The translations under genes were made by a program, and so were the position numbers. Below the pieces are notes generated by a model. It was not told the origin of the DNA. It ran no database searches and saw only the letters and a program-made list of their open reading frames with translations. From Octopus vulgaris (Eukaryota), in contig OX597835.1 of NCBI GenBank assembly GCA_951406725.2, positions 21,080,001 through 21,144,000 of the forward strand: a stretch of DNA of 64,000 bases, in the 5' to 3' direction. Every line of letters starts with the position of its first letter. The stretch's first letter is position 1. This document shows, one piece after another, positions 12,642 to 26,343 of this stretch.

Positions 12642-13217
12642 CTATCTATCTATCTATATATATATATATGTGTATATATATATATATACTTACAGGTATA
12701 TATATGTACGTATGTATATATATACACATATATATAGGTATGGGTACTGTGTGTATGAATGGATGTGACTATATGTGTGTGTGTCCTGAAAGAGAAAGAG
12801 GGGAGAGAGGGGGCGAATGAGGAGAAGAGTGAGAAGAAGGCACAGACAGAACGGTTAACAGAGGAGACAGAAACAAGGAAGAATGGTTAAGAAATAGGAA
12901 AGGAGCATTTGAGAAAGAGAGGAAGAAGCAATCTACGTCGCGTTGTAATTATACTTAAATCTTAAAATTTTTGAAATAAATTGATCAAAAGTTATGTAGT
13001 TAAATACTTTTATTTCGAGTCGAGTCACAATTAAAAACACAACACATGTTTTGAAAGAACAAAAATAACGAAAATGAAGAACATGTATTTATCAGACTAT
13101 CGGTATAGCTAACCAATTCCATACCTAGAATTTTTGAAGATATTCTTTGTTTTTTAGTAGTAACAGAATTATTAATATTGCAAAGGTTATTCATAACAAT
13201 GATGATAATCATCATCA

Positions 13218-13290
<73 letters not shown>

Positions 13291-13649
13291 GGTTATGATT
13301 ATTATTTAAGTGTTGCTTTTGTTATGAGCTTAATTTTTATCCTTTTGTTGTAATTCTATTTCTCGATAAAGATATATAAAATTGATTTGAAAAATATGAA
13401 ATTCCGATGAAATAAAATAGCATTTCCGGTATTTAATATTGGAATTTATCTTCTTGGTAAGAAAGAATGGAAATAAAATTATAAGATAAAACAAAATGAA
13501 TTTAAATGAAAAAGGTTAATTATTATGTGAAATTCGTGTTCTCTTCTGGCTATTCCAGTAATCTGTATTCTAAAATAGAGTTTAACGTTTGGTTCAAGGT
13601 CTGACGTATTTAAGGAAGAATTACAATCGATATAAAATACTTCAACTTT

Positions 13650-13960
13650 AATCGCTCCGAAGCCCGTCACAATATGGAGAAACATGTTGCTCTGTATCTG
13701 GTGGGTTGGAAAGGCATTGTGTAGTATGAACTCCTTCCGCAAAATCAGACGTTCAATTCAAACAATTATTGTTGTATATTAAAGAGACGAATTAAAGTAG
13801 GCAATTGGTGAATAACATCCAGAACTAACCAATTGAAAGGGCGGTGTCTTCCTTCTGGACAACGCTAGGTCTCCTGTGTCCTTGCAAATCCGGCAGGTCA
13901 TTTTTACTGTCTCGTTGGAATGTCACACCACAACCAACGTACTCTCAGGAATAACCTCAA
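13650..13960 (+). pseudogene. mariner transposase catalytic-domain relic
   Basis: WKGIV*YELLPQNQTFNSNNYC...HPELTN*KG..DNAR, with stops and frameshifts. Confidence 0.8.
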
Positions 13961-13974
13961 TTCTTTTGAGGACT

Positions 13975-14392
13975 CTCTTTACTCTTTACTCTTTTACTTG
14001 TTTCAGTCATTTAACTGCGGCGATGCTGGAGCACCGCCTTTAGTCGAGCAAATCGAGCCCGGGACTTATTCTTTGTAAGCCCAGTACTTATTCTATCGGT
14101 ATCTTTTGCCGAACCGCTAAGTGACGGGGAGGTAAACACACCAGCATCGGTTGTCAAGCAATGCTAGAGGGACAAACACAGACACACAAACATATACATG
14201 CACATACATACATATATATACATATATACGACAGGCTTCTTTCAGTTTCCGTCTACCAAATCCACTCACAAGGCATTTGTCGGCCCGAGGCTATAGCAGA
14301 AGACACTTGCCCAAGATGCCACGCAGTGGGACTGAACCCAGAACCATGTGGTTGGTAGGCAAGCTACTTACCACACAGCCACTCCTGCGCCT
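13975..14392 (-). mobile_element. SINE-B, full length
   Basis: Head ggcgcaggagtggctgtgtggtaag, CORE-like cttgggcaagtgtc, internal TA/TG microsatellite, (gtaaaaga)n tail. Confidence 0.95.
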
Positions 14393-14439
14393 ATGTAAAG
14401 AACTGTAAAAAAACAAAACCAAAACCGAAACAAAACAAA

Positions 14440-14850
14440 GCACTGGGTCAAGAACATCTTTTGTTCGATACTTTTCTCCTTGACTTGACACACAGAAAGC
14501 ACCATGTCTATGACACTGCGACTAAGATGGAATCCATACTGGGCTTCAGGCAAGTTGCCCTCGGAGACGCTAGTGATGCGGGCTAGGAGTTTTCCACTTA
14601 TATAAAACAGGGGAAAACCACTGTAAGTGCCACTGTGATTTGGCTCCTTTATTCTTGTAGAGTGTAATTGTGGTGGAATCTCGAAAGTCTTCCTCCCAAA
14701 TGAATAGAATGATGACATGATGCACTAAAAGCTGTAATATCAAGCACCTTGTACAGTTCTACAAAAATTCCATCTGCTCCCGGGGCTTTGCCACAGTTGA
14801 CTTCTTTTATGGCAGTCTTAGATCTTGAGTCACTCCATTGCTTCTCCTAA
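14440..14850 (-). mobile_element. RTE LINE RT fragment
   Basis: GKLLARI...LPEAQYGFHLSRSVIDMVLSVCQVKEKSIEQ matches the RTE PExQCGFR..RST.DM...RQ.QEK..EQ motif. Confidence 0.8.
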
Positions 14851-14957
14851 ATATTAATAAAAATATACATATATACTCATATTTTGAGTTCTGTTTCTCC
14901 TGTTTGTACCAACATGCTTACATATATAATATATAACTATAATATAAAAATACTATG

Positions 14958-15002
<45 letters not shown>

Positions 15003-15125
15003 AGATCTTACTTAGAAATGGATGCGTGCGTTCCGTCATATAATTAATTAATAAATAAAACATATGCATATATACATACATATATGTACGTACCTACCTC
15101 TACATGTATATATACATACATATAT

Positions 15126-15391
15126 GGGTGCAGGAAGCCCAAAAACGCCAAACACAATGAGAAACGAAAACATAAACACAAAACCAAGGAACTGGACATT
15201 TTTCTTAAACAATGAGTACAGGACAAATAACACAAGGAAAATTGCCCTTCTTCAGTCGCCATGGTTTCATCTACTCTGCGTTTCGAAGGTGAATAACATC
15301 CAAAACTAACCAATTGAAAGGACGGTGTCTTCTGGACAACGCTAGGTCTCATGTGTCCTTGCAAATCCGGCAGATCATTTTTACTGTCTCG
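15126..15391 (-). mobile_element. PLE-like end with partial HHR motifs, fused to a 104-bp copy of 13807-13914
   Basis: Minus strand GAAAC-gcaga-GTA...CTGAAGA (15249-15287). 15288-15391 is a direct copy of the nearby mariner relic. TA tracts on both sides. Confidence 0.55.
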
Positions 15392-15534
15392 CATATATAT
15401 ATATGCGCATCAGGTGAATTTCAAAACATTATTTAACCAAAATTGTGGTTTTCTTGCTGGGATCAGTTTGCTTAAAAGGATCTATAGGTAGAAGGCATAG
15501 GATCAGGCATCAGATCAGTGTTCGATTCGTTATT

Positions 15535-15656
15535 ATACTGCGGCCACGCTGAGCCACCCAAGGTCTGAATTTAACAGACCGAGCCCAGTATTACACTCAT
15601 ACATAAACACACACATATACATGAATATGTGTGTGTATGTGTATGTGTTTGTGTGT

Positions 15657-15700
<44 letters not shown>

Positions 15701-15857
15701 GTTTGTACGAACGGCTTCCACACAGTCCCCGTCTATCAGATTCACACACAAAGCATTGTTTGGTCTGGAGCTATGGTAGTCCACATTTGTCCAAGACGCC
15801 ACGTAATTAGACAGAACTCGAAACCAGATGGTTGAATAGTTAACCACACAGCCATGC
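15535..15857 (-). mobile_element. SINE-B, old diverged copy
   Basis: Head, core and tail are recognisable. Confidence 0.65.
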
Positions 15858-16016
15858 TTGTTACTAACCCATTATCCAATGTGTTCTTCATTTCGAACGA
15901 TTGTGTATAAATCGAGTGCAATTTGGCTGCTATTCCTAGATGCTGAACAACTACTAAGAAACTTTTCTATTAATTCGTTGACAAGTTTCAAACCGTACAT
16001 GTATGAAAAGTAAATT

Positions 16017-16425
16017 CTCTCTTTACTCTTTTACTTGTTTCAGTCATTTTGACTGCGGCCATGCTGGAGCACCACCTTTAGTCGAGCAAATCGACCCCGG
16101 GACTTATACTTTGTAACCCCAGTACTTATTCTATCGGTATCTTTTGCCGAACCGCTAAGTGACGGGGACGTGAACACACCAGCATCGGTTGTCAAGCAAT
16201 GCTAGGGGGACAAACACAAACACATACACACACACTTATATATACATATACATATATACGACAGGTTTCTTTCAGTTTCCGTCTACCAAATCCACTCACA
16301 AGGCTTTGGTCGGCCCGAGGCTATAGTAGAAGACACTTGCCCAAGATGCCACGCAGTGGGACTGAACCCGGAACCATGTGGTTGGTTAGCAAGCTACTTA
16401 CCACACAGCAGCCACTCCTGCGCCT
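16017..16425 (-). mobile_element. SINE-B, full length
   Basis: As 13975-14392. Confidence 0.95.
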
Positions 16426-17031
16426 ATAAATGTCTTGAAATGGTTAATCCTGATTGGAACATCGGTCCCAATATCAGCTTCTATCGACCTCACCGCCAGC
16501 ATTCAGCTCCATAATGAAAAACCAAGTGCATTATTGAAATTCCTTAGTTAACCAGAAACTGAAATATTAAGCGTAGTAAAACAACAAAATTTCAACACAC
16601 ACACACATAAAGGACTTGGCTTTGTAAATATTTTTATTTTTTTTGAAAAACCACACATTTTATCAAATAGTCAAATAATCTAATAATATCGATCTGAGCC
16701 AAAAAGTCAACAAAGTATCGATTTCCTAGCAACATGGAATTTTAAAATTATTATTTTTTTTTTACGCTTTGTTGTCTTGGTGGTGTTATTTTTCTGTGTT
16801 TAATCACTGGACAATTTACTCTGTAGAATCTGTAACGTACAAAACCTCACATACTAACACACAGACTCGGTGTCTCGCAGAAATACATCAATCATTTATC
16901 GTTAACGATGTCTAGGGACATGGGAAAGTGGGGAGAAAGACTGACGTACAAAATATATTTATGGTTTAAGTTTTGAGTTCAAATCCTACCAAGTCCAATT
17001 TTGCTCTTATCTTTTTGTATGATGATTTATT

Positions 17032-17612
17032 AAGGCGGCGAGCTGGCAGAAACGCTTAGCAGTATTTCGTCTGCCGCTACGTTCTGAGTTCAAATTCCGC
17101 CGAGGTCGACTTTGCCTTTCAACCTTTCGGTGTCGATTAAATAAGTACCAGTTACGCACTGGGGTCGATGTAACCGACTCAATCCGTTTATCTGTCCTTG
17201 TTTGTTCCCTCTGTGTTTAGCCCCTTGTGGGTAGTAAAGAAATAGGTATTTCGTCTGCCGCTGCGTTCTGAGTTCAAATTCCGCCGAGGTCGACTTTGCC
17301 TTTCAACCTTTCGGTGTCGATTAAATAAGTACCAGTTACGCACTGGGGTCGATGTAACCGACTCAATCCGTTTATCTGTCCTTGTTTGTTCCCTCTGTGT
17401 TTAGCCCCTTGTGGGTAGTAAAGAAATAGGTATTTCGTCTGCCGCTGCGTTCTGAGTTCAAATTCCGCCGAGGTCGACTTTGCCTTTCAACCTTTCGGGG
17501 TCGATTAAATAAGTACCAGTTACGCACTGGGGTCGATGTAACCGACTCAATCCGTTTATCTGTCCTTGTTTGTTCCCTCTGTGTTTAGCCCCTTGTGGGT
17601 AGTAAAGAAATA
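17032..17612 (+). mobile_element. SINE-C trimer (one head plus 3 x 184 bp) in a single 16-bp TSD
   Basis: Units start at 17062, 17246 and 17430. TSD tgtatgatgatttatt at 17016-17031 and 17613-17628. Confidence 0.95.
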
Positions 17613-18049
17613 TGTATGATGATTTATTCCATTAACGCCATCTGTCGGCATGCAATTTATTTCAGTGCTCAGTAGGGGCCGCAAATTCGCATTCAACCCT
17701 GGGGCTCCGACGCTGGGTAAAGTAGACAATGATTTGGGTAAACTATCATATTATCTATTTTTTTTAGCCTATCACTCTCTATGGAGTATGGGTCATTGAC
17801 AACTTTACCTCACTGCCCTCGAATCTAGTGCCTCTTTACTGCTTTTCCCTGCTTGGATCTCTGATTTTTCAATACTGCCTAAGTAACTTCACTCCAGATA
17901 TTTTTTAGGTGACCTCTCTCCCATCTCCCTTTTGGCTTCCAGTTCAGGGGCGGCACAACGTTATGTTTCCCAGGTTGCAGGCCTTCTCCCTGGTCTTGTT
18001 GACTTTCAGCTGTTATCGATACTTCTACAACTTTGCTTGTAAAAAAGTA

Positions 18050-18231
18050 AGAATGAGAGAAAGTTGTGGTGAAAGAGTACAGCAGGGATCACCACCATCC
18101 CCTGCCGGAGCCTCGTGGAGCTTTAGGTGTTTTCGTTCAATAAACACTAACAACGCCCGTTCTAGAAATCGAAACCGCGATCCTACGACCGCGAGTCCGC
18201 TGCCCTAACCACTGGGCCATTGCGCCTCCAC
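18050..18231 (-). mobile_element. SINE-A, 5' half
   Basis: Reverse complement of 37916-38100. Confidence 0.9.
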
Positions 18232-19298
18232 AACATAAAAACGTAGGGGCGTTGCACGTATGCAAGCCCATGTTTACCTTTGGGAATAGATTGTCCACAT
18301 TGGTCTTGGACTTCTATTCTTTGAATTGTCCAGTCTGAGAGGCCTTAATTTGAGCCTGCGCTCTCTTGCAGTAGATCTCAGGGTTATGGAGGCACACCAC
18401 AGCAACAAACTTTTCCCATATTACAACCAAATTATCACTGGCATATTTTAGTATCCTTCACCCACACTCTCCATCTGCATCTAAAATCGGACTCCTTACA
18501 AAAGCGATGGCGGAAAAGAAACAGAATTAATTAAATATTTTTATCTCTTCTTCATTTCTGTCCTATGATGTTCTTGAAATCGTCTCCTCCTTTGATGGAT
18601 CCAGTAATCCTGACGTAACAGTAGCTCCCAGTATCGGAATGAGGTGGGGAGAAAAGTCTTATTTTACTTCCTTTCTTAATACGAATGGATAAGTCTGAAG
18701 TCCTTTTACACCAAGATTCTCTACTTCTCGTTTGATTTTTATCCAGTAGCATATCAGTTTCGTTTCTACTACGAGGTAGCTGAACTCCCGTTCAATAAAA
18801 ACTATGCTGATCCTTCACTAGACGAGAATAGGTTGTTGACTCAGCGTTGAACAATTCAGCATTCTTGAGAAACAAATACCGCGCGTGCGTGTGGTCTCAG
18901 TCCACTTCCTTCTCACAACTAAATGTAATCAATTTCAAGACAAGTGGTAGGGTAGGGCCGGGAATTTAGGTGAGGGAACCCCAGGATTACCCACATGTCG
19001 TTCCCAGATGAATAAAGAGTAAAAATATTCTAGGCGGTATCTCAATTAAGGTGGAAATTATACAAAGCATTTGGCGCCTTAAAAGCAGTGATCGGGAATT
19101 TATCTGTAATTTGCTAAATTTAAAGAAAAAATATTTGATTGTATTTAATTTGTTGTGATACGTTTTTAATTCCATCCAGTTCAGGCTGGTCTTTCCATTT
19201 CGTCTTCTTTTGAAGGGTGCCTGTATATGGTAATATGATATGTATGATGCGGCAGTTAATAATTCACAATGTCTCAAAACAATTTTGTGTTAATGTAT

Positions 19299-19463
19299 GG
19301 CGTAGGAGTGGCTGTGTGGTAAGTAGCTTGTTTACCAACCACATGGTTCCGGGTTCAGTCCCACTGCGTGGCACCTTGTGCAAGTGTCTTCTACTATAGC
19401 CTCGGGTCGACCAAAGCCTTGTGAGTGGATTTGGTAGACGGAAACTGAAAGAAGCCCGTCGTA

Positions 19464-19517
<54 letters not shown>

Positions 19518-19745
19518 TGTGTGTGTTTGTGTGACTGTGTTTGTCCCCCTAGCATTGCTTGACAACCGATGCTGGTGTGTTTATGTCCCCGTTACTTAGC
19601 GGTTCGGCAAAAGATACCGATAGAATAAGTACTAGGCTTACAAAAGAATAAGTCCCGGGGTCGAGTTGCTCGATTAAAGGCGGTGCTCCAGCAAGGCCAC
19701 AGTCAAATGACTGAAACAAGTAAAAGAGTAAAAGAGTAAAAGGGA
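19299..19745 (+). mobile_element. SINE-B, full length
   Basis: As the other SINE-B copies. Confidence 0.95.
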
Positions 19746-20590
19746 GTATCTCTTACTAATAATGGCCTCAGTGCCAGTAGCTTTTGAGGGGAGGGAGAAA
19801 TTGATTATATGATGCCACGTACTTGAATGATACTTAACTTATCGATCACGAAAAGGATGGAAGATGACACCGACAGAATTTGTCAGTGATGCTAATGATA
19901 CTGATAGCTCCCTACCTGAAAACTGCCACCTAGGGGCCTTCACTTCAGATTCTGTGATGGATCGTTTGCTCTCTCTACCTAGATGTACCAATATCTCCAC
20001 GCTCAGGCAGAGCTTCTCTGTGTCAATGCCTCACAAGACTTTGCCAGCCTACGTCAATTGGCTCGCAACATGCAGATCAGCCTTCGCTTAAGCAATGCTC
20101 AACTTATTTTTTCATCGACCCAGAAAGGATGGAAGGCAAAACCGGCGACGGCTGAATATGAACTCAAATCGTAAAGACGGATAAAATGCCGCTAAGCAAA
20201 TATCTTTGTAATGATAAAACCATTAACAAGGATAACACTAATGATGATCAGGCTGAAACAGTTTTAAAAATCTTAATCTTGATATTAAACTTTCACAAGA
20301 ACGCATTTTATTTTCTTTTGGCTAAACTATACTAAACATGGCTGAAATATGCCAAGATTTCTAACAGAATTCAATAAGTGTTTCTCTTTTGATACGTCGT
20401 TTAATCAACAAAATCTTCTAGACTTTCCCATTAAATTCTTGGCAAATGAATATATCTAGTCGAAGCATGATTCCGTGGCAGATACACGCAGGAAATCGTT
20501 ATCATGAACTAATACGACAAACTTACAAGATTTTTATACAGAAGCATTCCCATATACTTTCACTTCCAGGCAACTTCGTAAAAGAGACTA

Positions 20591-20663
<73 letters not shown>

Positions 20664-20970
20664 CTCTCTATCTATCTATCTATCTATCTGTCTAGCTATC
20701 TATCTAGCTATCTATCTACCTATCTATCTACCTATCTCTCTCTCACTATATATATGTGTGTGTGTGTATTTATATATTTACACATACACACACACACATA
20801 GTCAGACAGGTAGACAGACAGGCAGACAGACACACAGACAGATAGATGTATATATAGATAGATACCTTCATTTCCAGGAAACTTCGTAATCGATATTACA
20901 TTTATCTATCTATATCTACGTCTATATGTCTATATCTCTACATGTCTATCGATACATAGACAGACAGATC

Positions 20971-21078
<108 letters not shown>

Positions 21079-21345
21079 TGTTTCTTTATTAGCCACACAG
21101 GGCTGCACACAGACAGGACAAATTACAAGGTAGAGCTTTTCTTTTGGGGGTAAAAAAAGGGGGTTGGTTTTCGATCAAAAGGGATCGTAAAAGGAAAGAA
21201 AGAGGACAAAAGAAAGGGGAGGATTTTTTTTTAAAAAGGGGGGGAAAGAAAAGGGGAGAGGAAAAAAAAGTTGATCAATAGGGATCGTAATCACAGAAAT
21301 GTCAATATGAAGTGTAAAGGGGAGGACAGGTGAGGTTTACACGTG
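21079..21345 (-). mobile_element. Family E 3' end (probable LINE 3' UTR) abutting a (TAGA)n tract
   Basis: Matches 1-232. Confidence 0.6.
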
Positions 21346-21593
21346 ACGTACAATCAGACAGACAAGCAGATAGGCAATAAGATAGATACTACCACGTGTA
21401 TGAGACAGAAACTACATAATGATGGTGATATTGATGAGGAGGGTACACAAAGGACAAGATAGAAGAGAAAGGATGAAGCAGAGGACAAATGGGAAGAAGA
21501 ACATGAAGAGATAAAAGAACAGGAAGGAGATGAGGAAGAAGGCGGGGTGTAATAGAAATTTGTCTACAGCCATCAGGTAGAACAACTGGATGT

Positions 21594-21978
21594 GGAAGCA
21601 CTCCGTCGGTTACGACGACAAGGGTTCCGGTTGATCCGAATCAACGGAACAGCCTGCTCGTGAAATTAACGTGTAAGTGACTGAGCACTCCACAGACACG
21701 TGTACCCTTAAGGTAGTTCTCGGGGATATTCAGCGTGACAGAGAGTGTGACAAGGCCGGCCGTTTGAAATACAGGTACAACAGAAACAGGAAGTAAGAGT
21801 GAGAGAAAGTTGTGACGAAAGAATACAGCAGTGATCACCACCATCCCCTGCCGGAGCCTCGTGGAGCTTTAGGTGTTTTCGCTCAATAAACACTCACATC
21901 GCCCGGTCTAGGAATCGAAACCGCGATCCTACGACTGCGAGTCCGCTGCCCTAACCACTGGGCCATTGCGCCTCCACA
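21594..21978 (-). mobile_element. SINE-A, full length
   Basis: 13-bp TSD aacaactggatgt at 21581-21593 and 21982-21994. Confidence 0.95.
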
Positions 21979-22334
21979 TAAAACAACTGGATGTAGACTT
22001 CCTCCAATCCACCCAGCATCCCATTTTTTTTTTACTGTTCACCATTCATCTTTCATTTGTTTCTGTCATCAGACTGTGGCCATGCTGGGGCACCGCGCAG
22101 AAGTAGCTTTAGTCCTATGAATAGATCCCAGTAGTTATGTTTTGTTAGTCTGTTACTTACTCTATCAGTCGCCTTTGCCGAAACACTAGGTACGAGGACG
22201 TAAGCGTACCAGCACCGGTTGTGAAGATTTGGCGGGGGACGAACACAGACACACATACACTTACACACACACCCATGTGTTTGTGTACACACACACCCGT
22301 GTGTTTGTGTACACACACACCCGTGTGTTTGTGT

Positions 22335-22371
<37 letters not shown>

Positions 22372-22493
22372 CAAACACACGCACACACGCACGCACACAC
22401 ACACACACACATGCATATTTCATTTTTGTATTTGGTTTACAGGATTCTTTATGGGAACTCGTGTGTTGAAGCATATTTTATCTGGGGTGAGTG

Positions 22494-22673
22494 ATTCTCT
22501 TTTAATGCCTTATTAATTTACAACACTCACCGGTCTGATTTCCTCTCATTAATAGTCAACGAATATTGAAAAGGTTGCGAGTTGCAACGAAAGTTTTAGT
22601 AAAAATGAATAAGCTATTGAGAGGAAATCAGACCGGTGTGTGTGTTAAATTAATAAGGGCACTAAGAGAGAAT
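22494..22673 (+). mobile_element. Fold-back PLE-like mini-element: ~55-bp inverted arms around a degenerate HHR
   Basis: Arms 22494-22548 / 22618-22673. Between them TTGAAAA-g gttgc gagtt gcaac-GAAA-gtt-TTA (22566-22598). Confidence 0.55.
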
Positions 22674-22722
22674 GTCTCTTCTCAGACACAATAAGATATA
22701 TGTATATATATATATATATAGA

Positions 22723-22786
<64 letters not shown>

Positions 22787-22790
22787 TGTA

Positions 22791-23032
22791 GGCGCGTTGA
22801 TTAGTGCTTAGGCTGTCAGCATTATGATCGTAGATTATGGTTTCGATTCCTGAACCGGGCGACGCGTTGTGTTCTTCAACAAAAGACTTCATTTCACGTT
22901 GCTCCAGTCCACTCAGCTGGCAAAAATGAGTAACGCTGCGATGGACTGGCGTTCCGTCCAGCTCGGGAACACATACGCTATTAAAACCAGGAAACCGGGA
23001 AACCGGGCCAATGAGCCTGGCTAGGCTTTAAA
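22791..23032 (+). mobile_element. SINE-D (tRNA head; central cagtccactcagctg...tgcgatggactggcg)
   Basis: A/B boxes; body matches the split copy at 31264-31286 plus 32417-32520. Confidence 0.75.
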
Positions 23033-23041
23033 GGGGCCATT

Positions 23042-23085
<44 letters not shown>

Positions 23086-23090
<5 letters not shown>

Positions 23091-23596
23091 CATGGTTGAG
23101 TCCATAAAATAGTATTTGACTACACCTCCATTTAGAGCACAGTTTAAGCTATCTTTTCGTGGAAGAAGGTTTATGTTCCTATAACCTGTGATATTTCTGT
23201 AACCCTTTAAAATGATAGATAAGAAAGTTCATTTTCGGCACTTGATGCTTTGGGAACCAGACAAAAATTGCTGCAGCTCGGTTGGAATGTGTTACCCCAC
23301 CCTCCATATTCACCAGATATTGCCTCTTCGGATTTCCACTTATTCAGGTCTCTGCATAATAGTCTTAATGGTAAAAATTTCAATCCTTTGGATGACGTAA
23401 AAAGGTACCTTGTTGAATTATTTGCCATGAAACTACCCCAATTCTGGGAAGAGGGTATTTTCAAGTTAAATGAAAGATGGAGATGCATTGTGCAAAAAAA
23501 TGGTTCATATTTGGTTGATTAAAAATGTAATGGCAAGTATTTATTGACCATTTTCTTTCCTTTAAAAATCGGCACGAACTTTCAGGACAACCCCAT
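23086..23596 (+). mobile_element. Internally deleted mariner (DD34D)
   Basis: N-terminal MIDKKVHFRHLMLWE fused to TRQKLLQLGWNVLPHPPYSPDIASSDFHLF...NGSYLVD*. 3' TIR-like ggcacgaactttcaggacaacccca-ta. Confidence 0.9.
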
Positions 23597-24645
23597 ATAT
23601 ATATATATGGAACCATTTATCTAGATACGTTTTTCTTCCTTCCCGTTTTCTCTTCTCTCCTTCCACTTTTGTTCGTCTCACACATCTGTCGAATTGTCGA
23701 AAGCGTAGCCTCAAAAAGTCGTTGACTTTTCCCTTTTCTCCGAGCATTACTCAAATACCCCTGCTTGTTGTTTACTCGCCTGTCTCTGTCTTTTGTTTTC
23801 TGAACATTTGAACCATATATACATATATGTCGGGCTTCCGCACAATGTCCGTCGATCAAATTCACTCGCCAGACCTTAGTCGACCCGGGGGCTATAGTAG
23901 ATATTCACCTGTGCAGTGGGACTGAAACTGAATCGGAGTAGTTACGTAGTAACCTCTTCAGCCAAAGATCTACGCCTATTTCGAACCCGTACAAGTTTTC
24001 ATATTGTTTTGTGACCAGGTGAAACAGGTAGGAAGGTGAAAGTTAATAAAAGACAATGATTAAGACGAAGATAATGAATAAAATATTGAGATTTATGAAA
24101 TAGAGGACTAACTCTGGTATTAATATTTTCTGTCTTCTTGAGATCGATGCAACCCGATAGTGGGTGATAGGATTTCAGAAAATCTGCATTTGACAGTTGC
24201 GTCTTAATGATTCTAGATGCTGTAACTGACAATTATTTAATGAAGCTACACTGTATAATATATTTAAATTTCTGTCTTTTGATAACATCATAGCAATGTG
24301 TACCTATAATGTTACAGTTATATAAGTATAGCTAAATACACATACATATATATATATATATATAGAAACAAACAAACATACATACATACATACATACATA
24401 TATACATACAGACAGACAGACAGACAGACATATACACACATATAAACATACAGATATATAGGCTAACACGCGTGCGTGTGTGTGGGGAGAGAGAGAGACT
24501 GACGCGTACATACTCATATATAGATACAAGCATACATCCATCCATCCATCCATACATACATACATACATACATACATACATACATACATACATACATACA
24601 TACATACATACATACATACGTACATACATATATATATATATATAT

Positions 24646-24857
24646 CCGAGATGCAGCACGGATTTTTGTCAGTGAACAGGTCGCGGTCTTAAAGCGACGA
24701 AAATATTTTGACAAATTAAACTTAAATATTGAAGTGAATCGAACGGCTTTTGTGTGTTTCTTAAATGGCTTACAAACACCTTCCACGCTGCAATTGTTTT
24801 CGTTTCAGCACACAATCTCAGATCAAATCACTTGCTAGGCAAGTACATCTCCGTAAT

Positions 24858-24858
<1 letters not shown>
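24646..24858. repeat. Interspersed repeat family F (second copy at 29841-30009)
   Basis: Direct alignment of the two copies. Confidence 0.8.
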
Positions 24859-24897
<39 letters not shown>

Positions 24898-24972
24898 CAA
24901 ACATACATACACACACATATATACATACATATAAACATACAAATATATAGACTAACATGCGTGTGTGTGTGT

Positions 24973-25015
<43 letters not shown>

Positions 25016-25907
25016 AAGAGAGAGAGACTGAAGCAGAAAAAGTCAAGCATACATACAGATAGAAAAACAGAGAGATAAAATGAAATAGAGGGACCTCCGT
25101 CAGTTTTATGTTTGAAGAAGACTTAGTTCCTCGTATTACTGGATTCTTCGATTTTCTAATGAACGGGAAGTGACCGAGAATTGTAAAGACTGCCATAACG
25201 ATGATTTGAAGTCTCTTTCCTTCCACATATTTTCACATTCCGGGAGGCTGTTTTCAAAAGAGAGTGTAATAGAGACGGAATTAACTCAATGAATAACTGG
25301 TATTTCCTTTATTGATATCGAAAAGTATAAAATACTAATTTGACATCGGAAGGAATCTCCTAATATAATAATGGACGCGGAGAAGAGAAATTAGTAATTC
25401 AGTGAAGGAGAAGTTGTTACAGTGATATAGCCCTGACTGAGAGGGGGTGAGAGAAAGTAATAGCAACGAGAGAAAGGTAGGGGTGATAGATGAAAGAGAG
25501 GGAGTGAAAAAAATTAGCGTCACTGTGTGGATATATGTGTGTATGTGTGTCCGTGGACAAGAGAAGTACGTGAATGTTTGTATGTGTGATTATTATGTGC
25601 CTCATTTCGTACCTTTTATATAATATAAGATTCTAAATTTATCCGTCATTATTGATGGAATGTGGTCAGCTAGTTGAATTCATAATGCCTCTACAAGTTC
25701 GAATGTTGATGATTCAAACATACTGTTGGATTGAAACATGTGTAGGATATGCTTCGGATATTTTTTGGTTGGTTATTTTTTTATCCGGTTCCTTTTATAC
25801 TTATTCTTATAGGTATATCTTTTTTTGCACTACTTTTCTATTGTGATAGAAATATAATGAACCAAGCAGCTATTATATTTTTTCTTCTACATTTTCTTTT
25901 ATATACA

Positions 25908-25982
<75 letters not shown>

Positions 25983-26026
25983 GTGTGTGTGTGTGCCCAC
26001 AAATCTATATATATGTGCTTACTATC

Positions 26027-26087
<61 letters not shown>

Positions 26088-26165
26088 ACAGAAAAGAGGA
26101 ATTTCGATTGTCTCCACGTGGTGGGTTGTAATGTATATAAGAAATTAAAAAAGGAAAATACGCAC

Positions 26166-26343
26166 ACTTACATGGTTTTAATATAATTTTTAGTATATCG
26201 GCCGGTTTCGCTATCGCCATTCATGATATTATGTTTAATTTATTTGAATATATATTTTTTCTAGAGAAGAAATTTGGTCCATGTTGTGTGTGATGGAATT
26301 CACGAGTGAATGACTTCACAAGTAGACAAATAAAGGGAAGTAA
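26166..26343 (-). mobile_element. PLE-like repeat family G with a decayed HHR (second copy at 29695-29843)
   Basis: Aligns with 29695-29843. Confidence 0.65.

Noticed and set aside
18552-18900. Possible coding relic on the minus strand (also 25080-25240 and 49865-50340)
   Set aside because: No motif I can assign confidently; left unannotated.
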